A stretch of DNA of 64,000 nt from Psammoneis japonica (taxonomy: Eukaryota), in assembly GCA_008632985.1 (NCBI GenBank), contig QPGO01000162.1, forward strand, positions 1 to 64,000, in the 5' to 3' direction. Shown here one piece after another: positions 62,143-64,000 of the stretch (positions within the stretch are counted from its first letter, which is position 1; each line of letters begins with the position of its first letter). Both the position numbers and the translations under genes were made by a program. The notes beneath the pieces were generated by a model. That model ran no database searches. It was not told where the DNA came from and worked only from the letters and a program-made list of their open reading frames with translations.

Positions 62143-63859
62143 GAATACAAAATTCTGAAAATGCAGCTAGAGTGTGTGCGCCCAAAGCGTGATTTTTGTC
62201 ATATAATCAAGGATACGTCATCAAAACATAAATTCAGGGCATTCTAAAAAATGGAGCAGACGAAGCATCTCAAACATCAAAATGAAAAGCGATGTGCAGA
62301 GAAACCGAGCACCATGATGTCGTCCTCTACCGGTGCTCCTTCCTCAACTACTCCAGACCACAGGACATCGTCAATCATAAGCAATGGTACAGCCCCAGAA
62401 AGCCTTCTTCTTGCGTCTTTACAAATAATGGACGTGGGGCTAGTCGACTCGCATCTTGAATCTGCTTAAGTTGCTGTTGCCTCGGTTTATTGGCATGTTG
62501 CTTGGAAGAAGTCTTTCTGTATTTGATAACTCTGTGGCTTCCATGTGCACAGACGCCAGTGACAAAAGCACTGGGAATGCGTGTGCAAGACCGCGGCTCA
62601 TCTCAACAAAAAACATTGACAGCTGCAGCTGGCATTTCGCATTCCACAGTCTGGAGACTTGTGCTGTTGTCTGTGGTGTTGCCGACCCTGTATCAGAAAT
62701 TAGTTTCGTGGTAGGAAAGTTCTTTATCCAACACAACGAATCAAACGAGAATTGATCACTTGGCCATGGAGAGAAAAAGAAAACTGATTCAAGGCGTACT
62801 GACTGTAATTCAACGGACGGTTCCCATTATGAGGTTGACAACTCTTCTAGGTTGCTGGTGCGGTCGTTCCAATTCACCAAGCTTGGCCATGTGCCTTGTT
62901 GGATTGAATTACCGTCAAGAAGACCAGATTCCTCCGCTCAATGAACGTATGCGCATCGATGGTGGCTCTATGAGGAGCTTTTGCGCACGTTGCAAGATGT
63001 ATCTCCTTATTCACGAACTTGCTCCTTTCGCTCGTTGAACTCGTGGTGAGTGTTTGCCAGACGTGCTTTGGCCAGAATGCTTTGTATGTTCTCTTATGCC
63101 TTTTTCCCATTGTTATATCTACTCTCAATTACACTATCTTACTAGGGTGACGGATTACGGATTACGTACCATCGTTTCTGAAAAGACGCAGCAAGACCAC
63201 TAACTGTCCTCGGTAGGAACTTTTTTTTTTGTGGATAGATGCAACCTCTACTAGAGAGACCAACCCTCTTACCTCTTCTTTGTCCTTTTATGCTTTGCGT
63301 TCCGCAGCTGCGCACTATGCGAGACGACTCCAATATCCATACCATGCATTACAAATTGTGGGCACTTGTATTGCTACACGTGCTTATGGAATGCCGTCTT
63401 GGATAATCCGCGTTTCAAATACGCACACCTTCTGTAAAGGAAAAGGGCCGTGATCAATAGAACGGAAAAGATACACACGTCGAGACAATTCTTATGTTGA
63501 ACGTGGCTCAGCTCTGTCGGCTGTATCACACGATATCTATTTACGCTATCCCACAGCGTGAGATGTCTACAGTACCAACAGTAATGCATAAGTATGCGAT
63601 ATGAAAGGATAAAACAGTGTCTCCGACCCGCGAGTTTCCGCAACCCCTTCACGGCTTTGGAGTGCTCTTGACATTTGGACAGTTTTTGCCGTTTGCGTTC
63701 CCAAGATACTCACTAGTGCCTCTACCGTTTCTATCTCGAGACCCGCCTTTTGGAATAATTGTCATGGACAACAAACTACCACCCTTGACAGCGCTGCCGT
63801 TTCCTTGTGCTGCTTTGCTGCCGGTATCTCCGTCTTCATTCAGCACTTTGCCAAACAAG

Positions 63860-64000
63860 TAGCCCGATTTGTCGCAACCATATGGCTAGGACCGCCCAGA
63901 GAAGCTGTGAGAATAGACGCAGGCACCCACAGGCTATGGATCGTTCGAGATGGATGTTTTGTCCTTGCCCCACTGAAGTCGTAAGCCCTTCGTGTGCAAT
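63860..64000 (+). repeat. Unmutated homologue of 55585-55720, running off the end of the window
   Basis: GGATGTTTTGTCCTTGCCCCACTGAAGTCGTAAGCCCTTCGTGTGCAAT versus GGATGTTTGTCCTTTGCCCCACTGAAGTCACAAGCCCATTGTGTGCAAT. Confidence 0.8.

Overview
Eukaryotic genomic DNA, very probably from a diatom (short GT-AG introns, VSA-F bipartite plastid presequence, FEA1-like protein, diatom-type Copia). Islands of ordinary genes are: organellar uL1, a two-domain FEA1-like protein, a secreted Cys/Pro-rich protein, a putative thioester-domain protein, SGT1, a plastid PP2C, a coiled-coil protein and MYG1. These islands alternate with four large blocks (about 1-3.5, 10.0-15.3, 19.5-44.0 and 51.5-60.5 kb) of transposon relics and duplicated genes in which TpA, and usually CpG, are almost absent and TpG/CpA are in large excess. 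Paired copies inside the window give the direction of change: CpG->TpG/CpA, as expected for 5mC decay, and also systematic TpA->TpG/CpA, i.e. A:T->G:C at TpA, the reverse of fungal RIP. One about 8-kb TIR-bounded element and several block edges have lost TpA but kept CpG, so the TpA process looks separable from CpG decay. This repeat-targeted TpA hypermutation is the main candidate for an undescribed genome-defence system. Most short Cys/His/Trp-rich ORFs in the ORF track are by-products of TAA/TAG loss. Several intact genes carry single-base frameshifts that look like assembly errors. All family assignments are from motif recognition by eye, and dinucleotide statements are qualitative, not computed.
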